Below are positions 40,349-50,686 of a DNA stretch of 64,000 bases, piece after piece (position 1 is the stretch's first letter; each line of letters opens with the position of its first letter). Position numbers and translations under genes: made by a program. The stretch is from Alphaproteobacteria bacterium (GTDB lineage: Bacteria; Pseudomonadota; Alphaproteobacteria; MPNO01; UBA830): NCBI GenBank assembly GCA_965243135.1, contig OZ251539.1, positions 4,064,001-4,128,000 of the forward strand, in the 5' to 3' direction. The notes below the pieces were generated by a model that saw only the letters and a list, made by a program, of their open reading frames with translations, did not search any database and was not told the origin of the DNA.

Positions 40349-41251
40349 TCACTCAAGGCACCAGGTCAGAATGCCCTTCTGCGAATGCAACCGGTTTTCG
40401 GCCTCGTCCCAGGCGATGGATCGAGGACCGTCCAGCACCTCCCCCGCCACCTCCCGGTCCCGACTGGCCGGCAGGCAATGCATGAAGACGGCGTCGGGAC
40501 GCGCCCGCGACATCAGCCGTTCGTCCACGCGGTAGGGCGCGAGCAAGCGGAGACGCTCCTCTCCGTCGGTGTCGCCCATCGATATCCAGGTGTCGGTCAC
40601 GACGCAGTGGGCGCCGTCCACCGCTTCCGCGGGATCCCCGGTGACCTGGACCGAAGCGCCCTCGCGGCGCGCCCAGGCGACGCTGTCGCCGGACGGCGCC
40701 AATTCAGGCGGGCACGCCAGCCGCAACTCGAAGCCGAACCTAGCCGCCGCCTGGATCCAGGTGCTCGCCATGTTGTTCCCGTCGCCGCACCACGCGATGC
40801 GCTTGCCCCGGATGTCCCCTCGATGCTCCTCGAACGTCATCACGTCCGCCATCAGCTGGCATGGATGGGACCGGTCCGTCAGGCCGTTGATCACCGGCAC
40901 GCCGGCATTCTCGGCGAGTTCCAGAAGCGTCCCGTCCTGCGCCGCGCGGATCATGATGGCGTCGACGTAGCGCGACAGCACGCGAGCGGTATCGGCAACG
41001 GTTTCGCCGCGGCCGAGCTGGGTTTCGCCGACCGACAGCACGATGGCGTCCCCGCCCAGCTGCTTCATCGCGACCTCGAACGACACCCGCGTGCGGGTCG
41101 ACGGCTTCTCGAAGATCATGGCGAGCGTCCGGCCTTCCAGCGGCCTCCCGCCGTCTCCGCGCTTGAAGGCCGCCCCGGCGTCCACGATGCGGCGAAGATC
41201 CGCGGCATCGATCAGGGACAAGTCGAGAAAATGCCGCGGCGCGGCGGTCAT
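40349..41251 (-). CDS. argF: ornithine carbamoyltransferase
   Basis: [29 protein letters not shown]. Confidence 0.96.
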   Translation of the reverse strand: MTAAPRHFLDLSLIDAADLRRIVDAGAAFKRGDGGRPLEGRTLAMIFEKPSTRTRVSFEVAMKQLGGDAIVLSVGETQLGRGETVADTARVLSRYVDAIMIRAAQDGTLLELAENAGVPVINGLTDRSHPCQLMADVMTFEEHRGDIRGKRIAWCGDGNNMASTWIQAAARFGFELRLACPPELAPSGDSVAWARREGASVQVTGDPAEAVDGAHCVVTDTWISMGDTDGEERLRLLAPYRVDERLMSRARPDAVFMHCLPASRDREVAGEVLDGPRSIAWDEAENRLHSQKGILTWCLE

Positions 41252-42426
41252 CCAACCAGCTCTCCGCAGCTGTCGTCGAGAATCGAGACCGCCTCCCGGA
41301 TATGCGCCTCTTCGGCGATCAACGGCGGCAACAGGCGAAGCACGTTGTCGCCCGCCAGAACCGTCAGAAGCCCGCGGTCGAACGCTTTCGCTCCGAGATC
41401 GGCATTGGGGACGACGCACTTCAGACCCCACATCATGCCCGTGCCGCGCGCCTCGGCGACGACCGAAGGGCGGCGGACCGCCAAGGCTTCCAACTCCGTC
41501 TTCATGAGTTCGCCTACGGAAACCACATGCTCCAGAAAGCCGTCCTCCAGCATCACGTCGAGCACGGCGTTGGCGACCGCCGTCGCCAGCGGATTGCCTC
41601 CGAACGTGCTGCCGTGAGTTCCGGCCGTGATCCCCTTCGCCGCGTCGGCGGTCGCGAGGCACGCGCCGATCGGAAAGCCGCCGCCCAGGCCCTTGGCGGA
41701 CGCCATGACGTCCGGCTCGATTCCAGACCATTCGTATGCCCAGAGCTTGCCCGTCCTTCCCATGCCGGTCTGCACTTCGTCGAACATCAAGAGCAGGCCC
41801 TGCTCGTCGCACAGCGTTCTGAGATCGCGCAGGAATCGCGAGTCGGCCGGGCGGATGCCGCCTTCTCCCTGCACGGCCTCCACCATGACGCCCGCCGTTT
41901 CGCCGGTCACGGCCGCGCGAACCTCGTTCATGTTTCCGAAAGCGACGCGGTCGAAACCCTCGACGGGCGGCCCGAACCCCGCGCGATGGGCGTCGCTGCC
42001 GCCCGCCGCGATCGTGGCGAGCGTGCGTCCGTGGAAACTCCCTTCGAAGGATATCAGGCGGTAGCGCTCGGGATGCCCGTTCTCGCTGTGATGCTTTCGC
42101 ACCAGCTTGACGCAGGCCTCGACAGCTTCCGCGCCCGAGTTGCAGAAGAAAACCGTATCCGCGAACGAATTGGCGACCAAACGCGCAGCCAGGCGCTCTT
42201 GTTCGGGTATGCGATACAGGTTGGACGTATGCCAGACCCGACCGCTCTGGGCGTTCAGCGCCGCGACAAGGCGGGGATGGTTGTGGCCGAGCGACACGAC
42301 CGCGACGCCAGCCCCGCAGTCGAGAAACCTGCGACCGTCATCGGCAAGTAGATAGACGCCGTCGCCGCGCTCGAACGCGACGTCCGCACGGCTGTATGAC
42401 GGCATCACCGCCCGCGCATCGTCCAC
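41248..42426 (-). CDS. argD: acetylornithine aminotransferase
   Basis: [45 protein letters not shown]. Confidence 0.95.
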   Translation of the reverse strand: MDDARAVMPSYSRADVAFERGDGVYLLADDGRRFLDCGAGVAVVSLGHNHPRLVAALNAQSGRVWHTSNLYRIPEQERLAARLVANSFADTVFFCNSGAEAVEACVKLVRKHHSENGHPERYRLISFEGSFHGRTLATIAAGGSDAHRAGFGPPVEGFDRVAFGNMNEVRAAVTGETAGVMVEAVQGEGGIRPADSRFLRDLRTLCDEQGLLLMFDEVQTGMGRTGKLWAYEWSGIEPDVMASAKGLGGGFPIGACLATADAAKGITAGTHGSTFGGNPLATAVANAVLDVMLEDGFLEHVVSVGELMKTELEALAVRRPSVVAEARGTGMMWGLKCVVPNADLGAKAFDRGLLTVLAGDNVLRLLPPLIAEEAHIREAVSILDDSCGELVG

Positions 42427-42464
42427 GATTGATCCTCGATTGCTGCCTGTAATCGACGAGCCGG

Positions 42465-42493
42465 AGTATGTTGGCCGGCGGGCCGCCTGTCAA
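42465..42493 (-). promoter_or_regulatory. sigma70 promoter for argD-argF-hslO
   Basis: minus strand TTGACA-N17-CATACT about 40 nt upstream of argD. Confidence 0.6.
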
Positions 42494-42752
42494 TCGCGCG
42501 CGCGGCGTTGCCCCCGGAATCGACCGTCGCAACGATCGACGACGCGAATTGGCCGCATAGACGGAACGCGGACAACCTCCGCGTTTCGCGTCCGCCATTC
42601 GCTGCGCATCCGGATCTCGTGCCGAAGACGGCGAAGCGCGCCGCGGCCCGAGATCTCCGGGTGGATGGTCCGGATCCGCAGCCGCGGCGGCCGAACTCGT
42701 CGGCGAGAAACGCCTCGACTGCGCCGGGCGCCTACGCCGCGACCGCAAAAAC

Positions 42753-43490
42753 TCACGAAGGATCCGTCGGGGCTCCGGCCCTTTCGATCGGCGGACGAGA
42801 CGATCCAGCCGGCCGCGCGATACGGCACGGCCTCCAGTTCCTGGTCCAATGCTCGTCGGTCTGCACATGTCCGGCGCGGACGCTCTTGCAGACGTTGGCC
42901 GGGAATTCCTCCGCCGGGAATTCCCGCGCCAGCCTCAACACGACGCCTTCCCGCTCGCCCCCGAGCGCGGACGGCTCGCCATGCGCGAGTTCGATGAACC
43001 TGCGCATATCGGCGACCGACCCGAAACGCCCCTTGAAGAGAACCGGGACGACCGGAATCCCCTGCTGGCCTGCATACGCCTCGACCTCGGCGAAGGAGGC
43101 GAACGCGCCGTCGCCGCGGCGCAACGCGAATGCGTAGAACGTCTCCTCCTCCGCGACGGCTTCGTACTCGATGCTGTGCACGCCGTAGATGTCCTCGCCA
43201 TACAGCCAGACATCGGATTCGGTCAGTTTCCAGGCGTGGTGTTTCTTCGCCATCGCCATCCACTTGGCGTCGGAGGGAACCGAAACGCTGCGCGCGTAGA
43301 CCTTGCCCGCGTGCAGGAGCGTGTTGCCGCCGTCCAGTTTCTCGGTCACCACCACGTCCTCGCCGACAAAGCGGCCCGGATCGGCGTGCATGTCGCGGCT
43401 GGGGGACGGCGACCACGGCCAGTATGGCGTGCTCGGGTACTTTACGTTCCAGGGTGGGCGGCTCTCTGCGGTCATCGCTTGCGGAGTCAT
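42753..43490 (-). CDS. RNA ligase family protein (Rnl2-like nucleotidyltransferase domain)
   Basis: KYPSTPYWP-SP, TEKLDGGN (motif I lysine), LYGE, REGVVLR, KSVRAGHVQTD-HW. Confidence 0.85.
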   Translation of the reverse strand: MTPQAMTAESRPPWNVKYPSTPYWPWSPSPSRDMHADPGRFVGEDVVVTEKLDGGNTLLHAGKVYARSVSVPSDAKWMAMAKKHHAWKLTESDVWLYGEDIYGVHSIEYEAVAEEETFYAFALRRGDGAFASFAEVEAYAGQQGIPVVPVLFKGRFGSVADMRRFIELAHGEPSALGGEREGVVLRLAREFPAEEFPANVCKSVRAGHVQTDEHWTRNWRPCRIARPAGSSRPPIERAGAPTDPS

Positions 43491-43499
43491 TGTTTCGAA

Positions 43500-43720
43500 A
43501 CCTGTTGCGGACAGGGTTGTGCCACTTCTACGCCCAACTCGTCCATCAGCGCCGTACGCGCGGCCCAATCGCCGCCGGTCGCATTGAAAACGACCGCATT
43601 CCGCGACAACTGCAACCGCCAGGAACTTTCGGTCCGAACGGTCGAAGGCATTCTCGAGAAGGTCTTCGAAGCCCCGTCGAGCGTCCCAGGAGGGCGTCAC
43701 CGTGGACCGGCGCACGCGGT
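43500..43720 (-). pseudogene. frameshifted fragment, possibly of a PIN-like protein
   Basis: AFDRSDRKFLAVAVVA, then in another frame AVVFNATGGDW; resembles the D-SDRKF-AVA...NATDSDW PIN-like family. Confidence 0.45.
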
Positions 43721-44128
43721 CATCCCGTTTTTCGTGGTTTCCTCATCGGCCTCGAAGCGTAACGCATGCGTTCGGCAATCTCTATCGTGAGGGCAGTATC
43801 GCTCCGACCTTGCTGGCGAGTCAAGGTGCTGCGGCGGTTTTCAGGTTGCGGAGACCGTGTTTTCGTGGAACGCAAGGAAGATCAGCGATCCGACGAGGGT
43901 GAGAGGGGAAGTAATCGCCAATTCGACACGCACCGCGGGTTATATCGAGATCCACAATCTCCGCGACCGGCGCTACGTCGTACTCGAAGGAGAGGTGAAA
44001 TGATGCCGCCGGGACGAGACGCTACCCTCGATGCAGTTCATGCGCCAGCAAAAACCGGAGCACCGTCTACCGGGATGGCGATTACCCGGCCTACCCGGCG
44101 GCCATCGTCATTATTTAGGAGGGACGCC

Positions 44129-44434
44129 ATGCCCGGCGCAAGCATGAAAGTCGAGATGATCGGCGCGGAGAAAGTCCGCCGCCGCCTCGACGAAATCGTC
44201 CGCGACAGCCAAGACGCCACCCCGCTGATGCGCGACATCGGAGAGCATGTGCTCAACGCCACCCACGACCGCTTCGACTCGCAGACCGACCCCGCCGGCA
44301 ACCCGTGGGAGCCGCTCTCCGACAACACCAAGCGGCGCAAGAAGCGCAACGGGGACAAGATCCTCACCCTCGACGGCGACCTCCGCGGCAACCCTTGCCG
44401 ACGCACAGACGCCTCAGCGCATGTCGCGCCATGA
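44129..44434 (+). pseudogene. truncated Mu-like phage virion morphogenesis protein (gpG/tail completion S-like)
   Basis: AGGAGGG RBS; PLMRDIGE...T-DRF-SQTDP-G-PW-PLS--T--RK...IL--DG-LR, then abrupt loss of similarity. Confidence 0.75.
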
Positions 44435-44573
44435 TCGCCTGTCTCGGACGCCGGACGCGCCGCGATCGGCTTCTTGAACATTTCCAAGCCGCGGTTGCGA
44501 TCGTCCGTGCGGCTCGGTCGGCGATACGCTTTCGGCCGCCCGGCCGCGGCGACGGATTCCGGCTTCTTGCGGT

Positions 44574-45470
44574 TCAGTCGTCCGCACGCTCGTATGCGAC
44601 GCCCGCGTCGTCAAGGAGCGCCAAGATGGCTTCGGCATGAACGCCCACCCCGACGTTGAGAAACTGGTGCGCGATCTGCCCCTTCGGCTCTCCCGGCGCG
44701 CGCGGCCGGAAACCGAGCGGCAGATGGCGCGTGTGCGACTGGATCGCCCAAACCGCCCCGTCGGAATCGAACACCGGCCCGCCGCTCTGCCCCTGGAAGC
44801 CCGGCGAAGAGGTTTCGAGGTACTTTCCCCGTCGAGCGCCTCCGTCCGCGGAAGCTCCGGGCGGCGGCGACAAGAGGAACCGCGTCAGCATTCCTTCGAT
44901 CGGAAAGAGCGGTATCGGAAGCGCCTCCGGCGGCAGGATGAACGCGCCGCGCGCCTCGTCCCAGGTCGGCACGATCTCGTGAAACGGAAAACCGAGCCGG
45001 CACAGGCTGCGGCCCGGCCCGTAATCCGCGCCGGGAGCCTTGAAAGCGGGATAGTGCGCGACGCTCGCCGGGTCGAACGGTTCCAGGCGCCCGAGCGCCA
45101 GATCGGACTCGGGCATCAGGCGCACATCCTTCAACGCCGCGCCGTCGGACCCCCACCAGGCCGAGCAGCCGCGTGCCGAGTCCGGGGCCGGTCGCTCCAG
45201 ATGGCGCAGTTCGCGCTTGCGCGCCGAATCGTGGGACGTCCTCGCGTTTTCCATGTCGCGAACGGCGGAGCGGTAGGCGCGGTAACGGTCCGCTTCTTCC
45301 TCCAACCGGCGCAGAAGGCCGAGGATGTGCGCCGCGGTCAGCACCCACCCGTCCCGGTTGACGACCGTGAAGGCGGCCACGACGCCGCGGCAATCTCCGC
45401 GCGCGGTGCGGCTCGAAATCACGACCGGCCGCGTGAAGGCGCTCGCCAGGCGGAAAGCTCGAACGAACAT
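44574..45470 (-). CDS. trypsin-like serine protease
   Basis: WVLTAAHI, DLALGRL, GQSGGPV catalytic triad motifs; no signal peptide. Confidence 0.8.
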   Translation of the reverse strand: MFVRAFRLASAFTRPVVISSRTARGDCRGVVAAFTVVNRDGWVLTAAHILGLLRRLEEEADRYRAYRSAVRDMENARTSHDSARKRELRHLERPAPDSARGCSAWWGSDGAALKDVRLMPESDLALGRLEPFDPASVAHYPAFKAPGADYGPGRSLCRLGFPFHEIVPTWDEARGAFILPPEALPIPLFPIEGMLTRFLLSPPPGASADGGARRGKYLETSSPGFQGQSGGPVFDSDGAVWAIQSHTRHLPLGFRPRAPGEPKGQIAHQFLNVGVGVHAEAILALLDDAGVAYERADD

Positions 45471-46176
45471 CGCGGCGGCTATGGGCGCCGACTGCGCGAA
45501 AGTCCGGCCGGCGCGGGCCGGCGTCCGTTACGGAATTCGGTCGTCATGTTCCCGCCCGGCGAAGGAACGCCGGCTCTTCGTGAACGCCGGCGCCTCGCCG
45601 TCATCTCAATGCCTCCACCAACCCGTTCGCCCTGGAAATCGGCGCGCCGAACACCGCGCCCGCAAGCCGCGGTTTCCGCTCGTCGCGTCGCGGGGCAGGA
45701 GCCTGCGCGCTCGCCTCCCCGACGGAAACGCAGCTTATAGAATAGTGCGCGAGCGCGAAGCAACGCTCCGCGCGTTGTCGACGCGATGAACGCGCCGACG
45801 CCCGCGTGCGCCCCTGCGGAGTTGACGGCGTTTCGGCCGCGCTCCGCCGCAGGCTGGCTTGAGCGGACCGGGGCGGCACGAGAAGGGGGACGGAGAGAAA
45901 GGGTTGCGACGTTCCGGCGCGGAACGGCGTGCGGCGAGGACGAGTTCGATCCTCGGGCGCGGGCCTGCAGGCGATCCGTGTCCCGCTCCTCGGAGCGGGC
46001 CTCGTTGAAGCGCCTTCGGGTGACCGTGTCGCCGTCCAGTTCCCCCGAGGCTCTCGGGGCGCGCCGCCCGGAGAGCGCCGGGGACGCGGCCGGCAGTCGC
46101 GCGGCCCGCGAAATGCCGGACGGGCGGCAGTTGACAGGAACGCGGCGCGGCGCGAACGTCTCAGCTGCGACGCGAT

Positions 46177-46205
46177 TTGCAATCCGTCGAGCGATGTCGT
46201 ATTCT
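46177..46205 (+). promoter_or_regulatory. candidate sigma70 promoter for the ABC transporter
   Basis: TTGCAA-N17-TATTCT. Confidence 0.5.
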
Positions 46206-46264
46206 TGGCTTGCGAGGGTTCTCCGCAGGGGCGGACCCGGACAACGGCAAAAGGAAACGATCCC

Positions 46265-47254
46265 ATGAGAAAGTGGTTGGGAGCATTGGCCGCCGCGCCG
46301 ATGATCGCCGGTTTCGCGACCGGCGCCGGAGCGGCGTGCGGCAAGATTACGATTGCCGAGATGTCCTGGGCATCCGCGGAAGTGGCTGCCCATGTACAGA
46401 ACGTCATTCTCAGCAAAGGCTACGGATGCCAGTCCGAACTGGTGCCGGGAGACACCGTGCCCACCGTCACCTCGATGACCGAAAAGGGCGAACCCGACAT
46501 CGGACCGGAAATCTGGCTGAATTCCGCGCGCGAACCCGTCGAAAAGGCCGTCGCGGACGGCCGGCTCAAGATCGCGACGGAAATCCTGGCGGACGGCGGC
46601 GAGGAAGGCTGGTGGGTTCCGGACTACGTGGTCAAGGACCATCCCGAACTGACCACCCTGCAGGCCGTTCTCAAGCAGCCCGGCCTGTTTCCCGACAAGG
46701 AAGAACCGGGGAAGGGACGGTTTCACACCTGCCCGGCCGGGTGGGCTTGCGAAATCATCAACGCCAACCTGTACAAGGCCTACGGCTTGGAGAAGGCGGG
46801 GTTCACGCTGTTCAATCCCGGTTCCGGCGAGGGACTGGCCGCCGCGATCGCCAAGGCTTACGAGCGGAAGCAGCCGATCTTCGCCTATTATTGGGCGCCG
46901 ACCTCCGTGCTCGGCAAGTATCCGATGGTCAAGCTCGGCGGCATGACGCACGATCCCGCGTCGTGGCCGTGCGTGATCAAGCAGGACTGCGAAGCGCCCA
47001 AGCCCAATCAGTACCCGAAGTCCGTGGTCTACACCGTGGTCACTTCGAGCTTCGCGAAGAACGCGCCGGAAGCGTACGATTTCATCTCCAAGTTCAAGTG
47101 GCGGAACTCGCTGGTGAACAAGCTGCTGGCCTGGAAGGACGATCAGCAGGCGACCGGAAGCGAGACGGCGACGTATTTCCTCAAGAACCACGAGGAGGTC
47201 TGGAGCAAGTGGGTGACCGCCGACGTGGCGGCCAAGGTGAAAGCCGGCCTCTGA
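46265..47254 (+). CDS. glycine betaine/quaternary amine ABC transporter substrate-binding protein (ProX/TmoX-like)
   Basis: signal peptide; CG-ITIAEM-WAS, GYGC, CPAGWAC, YYWAPT. Confidence 0.88.
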   Translation: MRKWLGALAAAPMIAGFATGAGAACGKITIAEMSWASAEVAAHVQNVILSKGYGCQSELVPGDTVPTVTSMTEKGEPDIGPEIWLNSAREPVEKAVADGRLKIATEILADGGEEGWWVPDYVVKDHPELTTLQAVLKQPGLFPDKEEPGKGRFHTCPAGWACEIINANLYKAYGLEKAGFTLFNPGSGEGLAAAIAKAYERKQPIFAYYWAPTSVLGKYPMVKLGGMTHDPASWPCVIKQDCEAPKPNQYPKSVVYTVVTSSFAKNAPEAYDFISKFKWRNSLVNKLLAWKDDQQATGSETATYFLKNHEEVWSKWVTADVAAKVKAGL

Positions 47255-47304
47255 ACGGGTCGCGGGGGAAGCCCGAGTCGTCCTGAGAGCGGGGAGGACG
47301 GATC

Positions 47305-48186
47305 GTGTTCGACTGGCTGCGGGAGTTTCCGACTCTCGACGACGGCGCTCTGCGCGCGGTCAAAAAGGCTTTCGACACCGGATACCGCTCGTTTTCCCGG
47401 GAATACGGCGACGCGATCGAGAGCGCTTTCGATCCGTTGCTGTATTTCCTGGTCTGGTTCGAGCAGCTCCTTCTGGCCGCGCCGTGGTGGCTGGTGATCG
47501 CCGTCGTCGCCGGCCTCTGCTTCGCGGTGAGCAGGAGCAAGCGCCTCACGGCCGGCGTTGCGGCCGCTCTCTTCGTCATCGGCTATCTCGGCATGTGGGA
47601 CGACACGATGCGCACCCTGGCGATCATCTTCGTCTCCACGCTGATCGCCGTCGCCATCGGCCTCCCGATCGGGATCTGGATGTCGCGTTCGAGCCGGGTG
47701 CAGGCGTGCATGATGCCGGTTCTCGACGTCATGCAGACGATGCCGATTTTCGTCTATCTGATTCCCGTGGTGATGCTGTTCGGCCTCGGCAAGATACCGG
47801 GCCTCATCGCGGTGGTGATCTACGCCGTGCCGCCGGTCATCCGGCTTACGAATCTCGGCATTCGGCTGGTCGACAAGGAAGTGCTGGAAGCCGCCGACGC
47901 CTTCGGCACCGACGGGTGGCGAAGGCTGTTCGGGATTCAGCTTCCGCTCGCCCTTCCCAACATCATGGCCGGAATCAATCAGACCATCATGATGGCGCTG
48001 TCGATGGTGGTGATCGCGTCCATGATCGGCGTGAAGGGCTTGGGCCAGCCCGTGCTGCGGGCGGTTACGAACCAGTATTTCGCGCTCGGATTGTTCAACG
48101 GCGCCGCCGTCGTCGCGCTGGCCATCGTCTTCGACAGGATCACCCAGAGCTACGGCCGGCGGATCCAGGAAAATAGACGGCTGTGA
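47305..48186 (+). CDS. ABC transporter permease (ProW-like)
   Basis: PVLDVMQTMP-FVYLIP, EAADAFG, AGINQTIMMALSMVV. Confidence 0.92.
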   Translation: MFDWLREFPTLDDGALRAVKKAFDTGYRSFSREYGDAIESAFDPLLYFLVWFEQLLLAAPWWLVIAVVAGLCFAVSRSKRLTAGVAAALFVIGYLGMWDDTMRTLAIIFVSTLIAVAIGLPIGIWMSRSSRVQACMMPVLDVMQTMPIFVYLIPVVMLFGLGKIPGLIAVVIYAVPPVIRLTNLGIRLVDKEVLEAADAFGTDGWRRLFGIQLPLALPNIMAGINQTIMMALSMVVIASMIGVKGLGQPVLRAVTNQYFALGLFNGAAVVALAIVFDRITQSYGRRIQENRRL

Positions 48187-49250
48187 CGTCGAACATCGAA
48201 ATCGGCTCGCTGTACAAGGTGTTCGGAGACGATCCGGAGTCCGCCATGCGGCGCGTGCACGACGGGATGGAAAAGCAGGAGCTTCTCGAATCCCACGGCC
48301 ATGTGCTCGGCCTGCGCGCGATCGACCTGGACATCGCGCCGCAAAGCATCCAGGTCATCATGGGGCTGAGCGGTTCGGGAAAATCCACGCTCATCCGCCA
48401 CATCAACCGTCTGATCGATCCCTCCGAGGGCGAAGTCCGGATCGGCGGCGAAGACGTTTTGGCTCTCGACGAAGCGGCGCTGCGCGACCTCCGCCGGCAC
48501 AGGGTCAGCATGGTGTTTCAGCGCTTCGCGCTGTTCCCGCACAGGACGGTGCTGGAAAACGTCGGCTACGGCCTGACCGTACAGGGAATCGAACGTTCCG
48601 AACGCAAGGCGCGCGCGGGGCAATGGATCGACCGCGTGGGACTCGGCGGCTACGAGGAATCCTATCCGCACCATCTGTCCGGCGGGATGCAGCAGCGCGT
48701 CGGACTCGCCCGCGCCCTCGCGACCGACGCCGAGATCCTGCTGATGGACGAAGCGTTCAGCGCGCTCGATCCTCTCATCCGTTCGGACATGCAGACTCTT
48801 CTTCTGGAGTTGCAGCAGGAACTGAAGAAAACCATTGTCTTCGTGACCCACGATCTCGAGGAAGCGATCGCGATCGGCGACCGAATCGCGATTCTGCGCG
48901 ATGGCGAGATCGTGCAGAACGGCGATTCCCAAGAGATCGTCCTCAAGCCGGCCGACGACTACATCGCCGACTTCACCCGCAACATCAACCGCGGCCGCGT
49001 CATCCGCGTCGAATCCGTCATGGAGCCTGCCAGGAACGATCTCCAGGGTCCCCCTTCCTGTCCCTCCGGCATGTCGTTGGATGAAGCGCTGCCGCTGGTC
49101 ATTACCGCGCCCGGCGAAGAAGTGCCGGTCGTGGATCCAGAGGGCAAAAACGTCGGTACGGTGTCCGTCATCGGAATACTCGCCAGCCTCGTCGGCAAGC
49201 AACTCCCCGGGTTGCACGACAAGAAATCGTCCGCTTCCTCGCCTCGATGA
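48183..49250 (+). CDS. ABC transporter ATP-binding protein (ProV-like)
   Basis: GLSGSGKS, LSGGMQQRVG, LLMDEAFSALDPL, THD. Confidence 0.93.
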   Translation: MTSNIEIGSLYKVFGDDPESAMRRVHDGMEKQELLESHGHVLGLRAIDLDIAPQSIQVIMGLSGSGKSTLIRHINRLIDPSEGEVRIGGEDVLALDEAALRDLRRHRVSMVFQRFALFPHRTVLENVGYGLTVQGIERSERKARAGQWIDRVGLGGYEESYPHHLSGGMQQRVGLARALATDAEILLMDEAFSALDPLIRSDMQTLLLELQQELKKTIVFVTHDLEEAIAIGDRIAILRDGEIVQNGDSQEIVLKPADDYIADFTRNINRGRVIRVESVMEPARNDLQGPPSCPSGMSLDEALPLVITAPGEEVPVVDPEGKNVGTVSVIGILASLVGKQLPGLHDKKSSASSPR

Positions 49251-49327
49251 AGCCGCGAAGCTCCTGAGCCGCGCGCCGGCCTGAAGGGCGGCGGTCCGGC
49301 CGACGTTCGTTCGGGAAGGACGGCCCG

Positions 49328-50686
49328 TCACCCCACGGACAGCGTCACGCGAAGCCCCTGCCCGCCGTCCGACAACTCCACCCGCCCGCCGTGCTGCTGC
49401 GCAACCGCCTGGACCAGGCTCAGCCCCAGACCGCTGCCCGGCGTATTGCGGCTGGCCTCGAGACGGTGGAACCGCTTGAACACCGCCTCGCGGCTGCCCT
49501 CCGGTATGCCGGGACCGCTATCCCAGACCGCGACCTCCTTCGCGGCCGTCGCAACGCCGACCGAACCGCCGGCCGGCGTGTACTTGATCGCGTTGTCGAC
49601 AAGATTCGCGACCGCCTGGAACAACAGGTCGCGGTCTCCGTCTATGCGTCCGGTTTCCGCTACGTCCACGCGGAAGGCGAGGTTCTTCTCCTGGGCGAGC
49701 GGCTCGTAGAGTTCGGCGACGTCGCGAACGACCGCCGCGAGATCGACCGGCCCGAAGGTCTCGCCGCGGCCGCCGGCCTCGATCTGCGTTATGCGGAGAA
49801 GTGCGTTGAACATCGCGATGAGGCCGTCGGCTTCGGCCGCCGCTTCCCTTGCGAGCCGCCCGCGGTCTTCCGGCGGCAACGACTCGTCGTCGAGATCCTC
49901 GATCCGTCCCCTCAATCTGGCCAGCGGCGTTCTGAGGTCGTGGGCGATATTGTCCGATACGTGCCGCAGCCCCTCCATCAAGGCCTGAATTCGGTCGAGC
50001 ATGTCGTTGAGGTTGCCCGCGAGTTGATCGAAATCGTCCCCGCTGCCGCGAACCGGAATGCGGCGCGAAAGGTCGCCGGTCATGATTTCGCGGCTGGTCT
50101 GGTTGATCGCCTCGATGCGCCCTGCCGCGCTGCGGCTCATCGCGACCCCGCCCGCCAGGGACAGGACGATCGCGATCCCGGAACCCCAGATCATGGCGTT
50201 GCGGATCATTGATCGGGTTCGCTCCAGTTCCCGGACGTCGCGGCCGACCAGCAGCCTCAGCCCGCCTTGCAGGGCGAAGAGCCGCGCCCTGGCCGGATGA
50301 AGGCTGCCGTCCGGAGAATCGATCAGTTCGAACGTCATCCAGCCGTCCCGGTCCGGTTCGGAGGCGGGCCACGCGCCGAGATTGCCGACGAGGCGGCGGC
50401 CCTGCGGATCGGTGAGCAGATAGACGGTGCGCCCGCCCGGGTCGCGCCTCACCCGCCCGGCGACGATCTCCGCCACGCCCTGGACGCCGCGCCGTTCGTA
50501 CTGCTCCGCCAGCCCCTTGATGTCCGCGAGTATGATCTCGCTGGTCTGTTCGGTGAGGGCGCCCACCGTCGCATGCCAGAGAAAGCCCAGAAGCGCCGCT
50601 CCGGACGCGCCGAACAGGACCATGTAGATCAGCGCCAGCCGAAAGGTCGCGCTCTTAAGCAGGCGGGCCGTCGTCGCGAATGACAT
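49328..50686 (-). CDS. HAMP sensor histidine kinase
   Basis: two TM segments, HAMP, IAHDLRTPL, NLVDNAIKYT, DSGPGI, GSGLGL. Confidence 0.93.
   Translation of the reverse strand: MSFATTARLLKSATFRLALIYMVLFGASGAALLGFLWHATVGALTEQTSEIILADIKGLAEQYERRGVQGVAEIVAGRVRRDPGGRTVYLLTDPQGRRLVGNLGAWPASEPDRDGWMTFELIDSPDGSLHPARARLFALQGGLRLLVGRDVRELERTRSMIRNAMIWGSGIAIVLSLAGGVAMSRSAAGRIEAINQTSREIMTGDLSRRIPVRGSGDDFDQLAGNLNDMLDRIQALMEGLRHVSDNIAHDLRTPLARLRGRIEDLDDESLPPEDRGRLAREAAAEADGLIAMFNALLRITQIEAGGRGETFGPVDLAAVVRDVAELYEPLAQEKNLAFRVDVAETGRIDGDRDLLFQAVANLVDNAIKYTPAGGSVGVATAAKEVAVWDSGPGIPEGSREAVFKRFHRLEASRNTPGSGLGLSLVQAVAQQHGGRVELSDGGQGLRVTLSVG

Noticed and set aside
45480-46170. Long intergenic region upstream of the ABC transporter as a riboswitch or sRNA
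   Set aside because: No recognisable aptamer consensus or credible ORF; cannot be supported without a covariance search.
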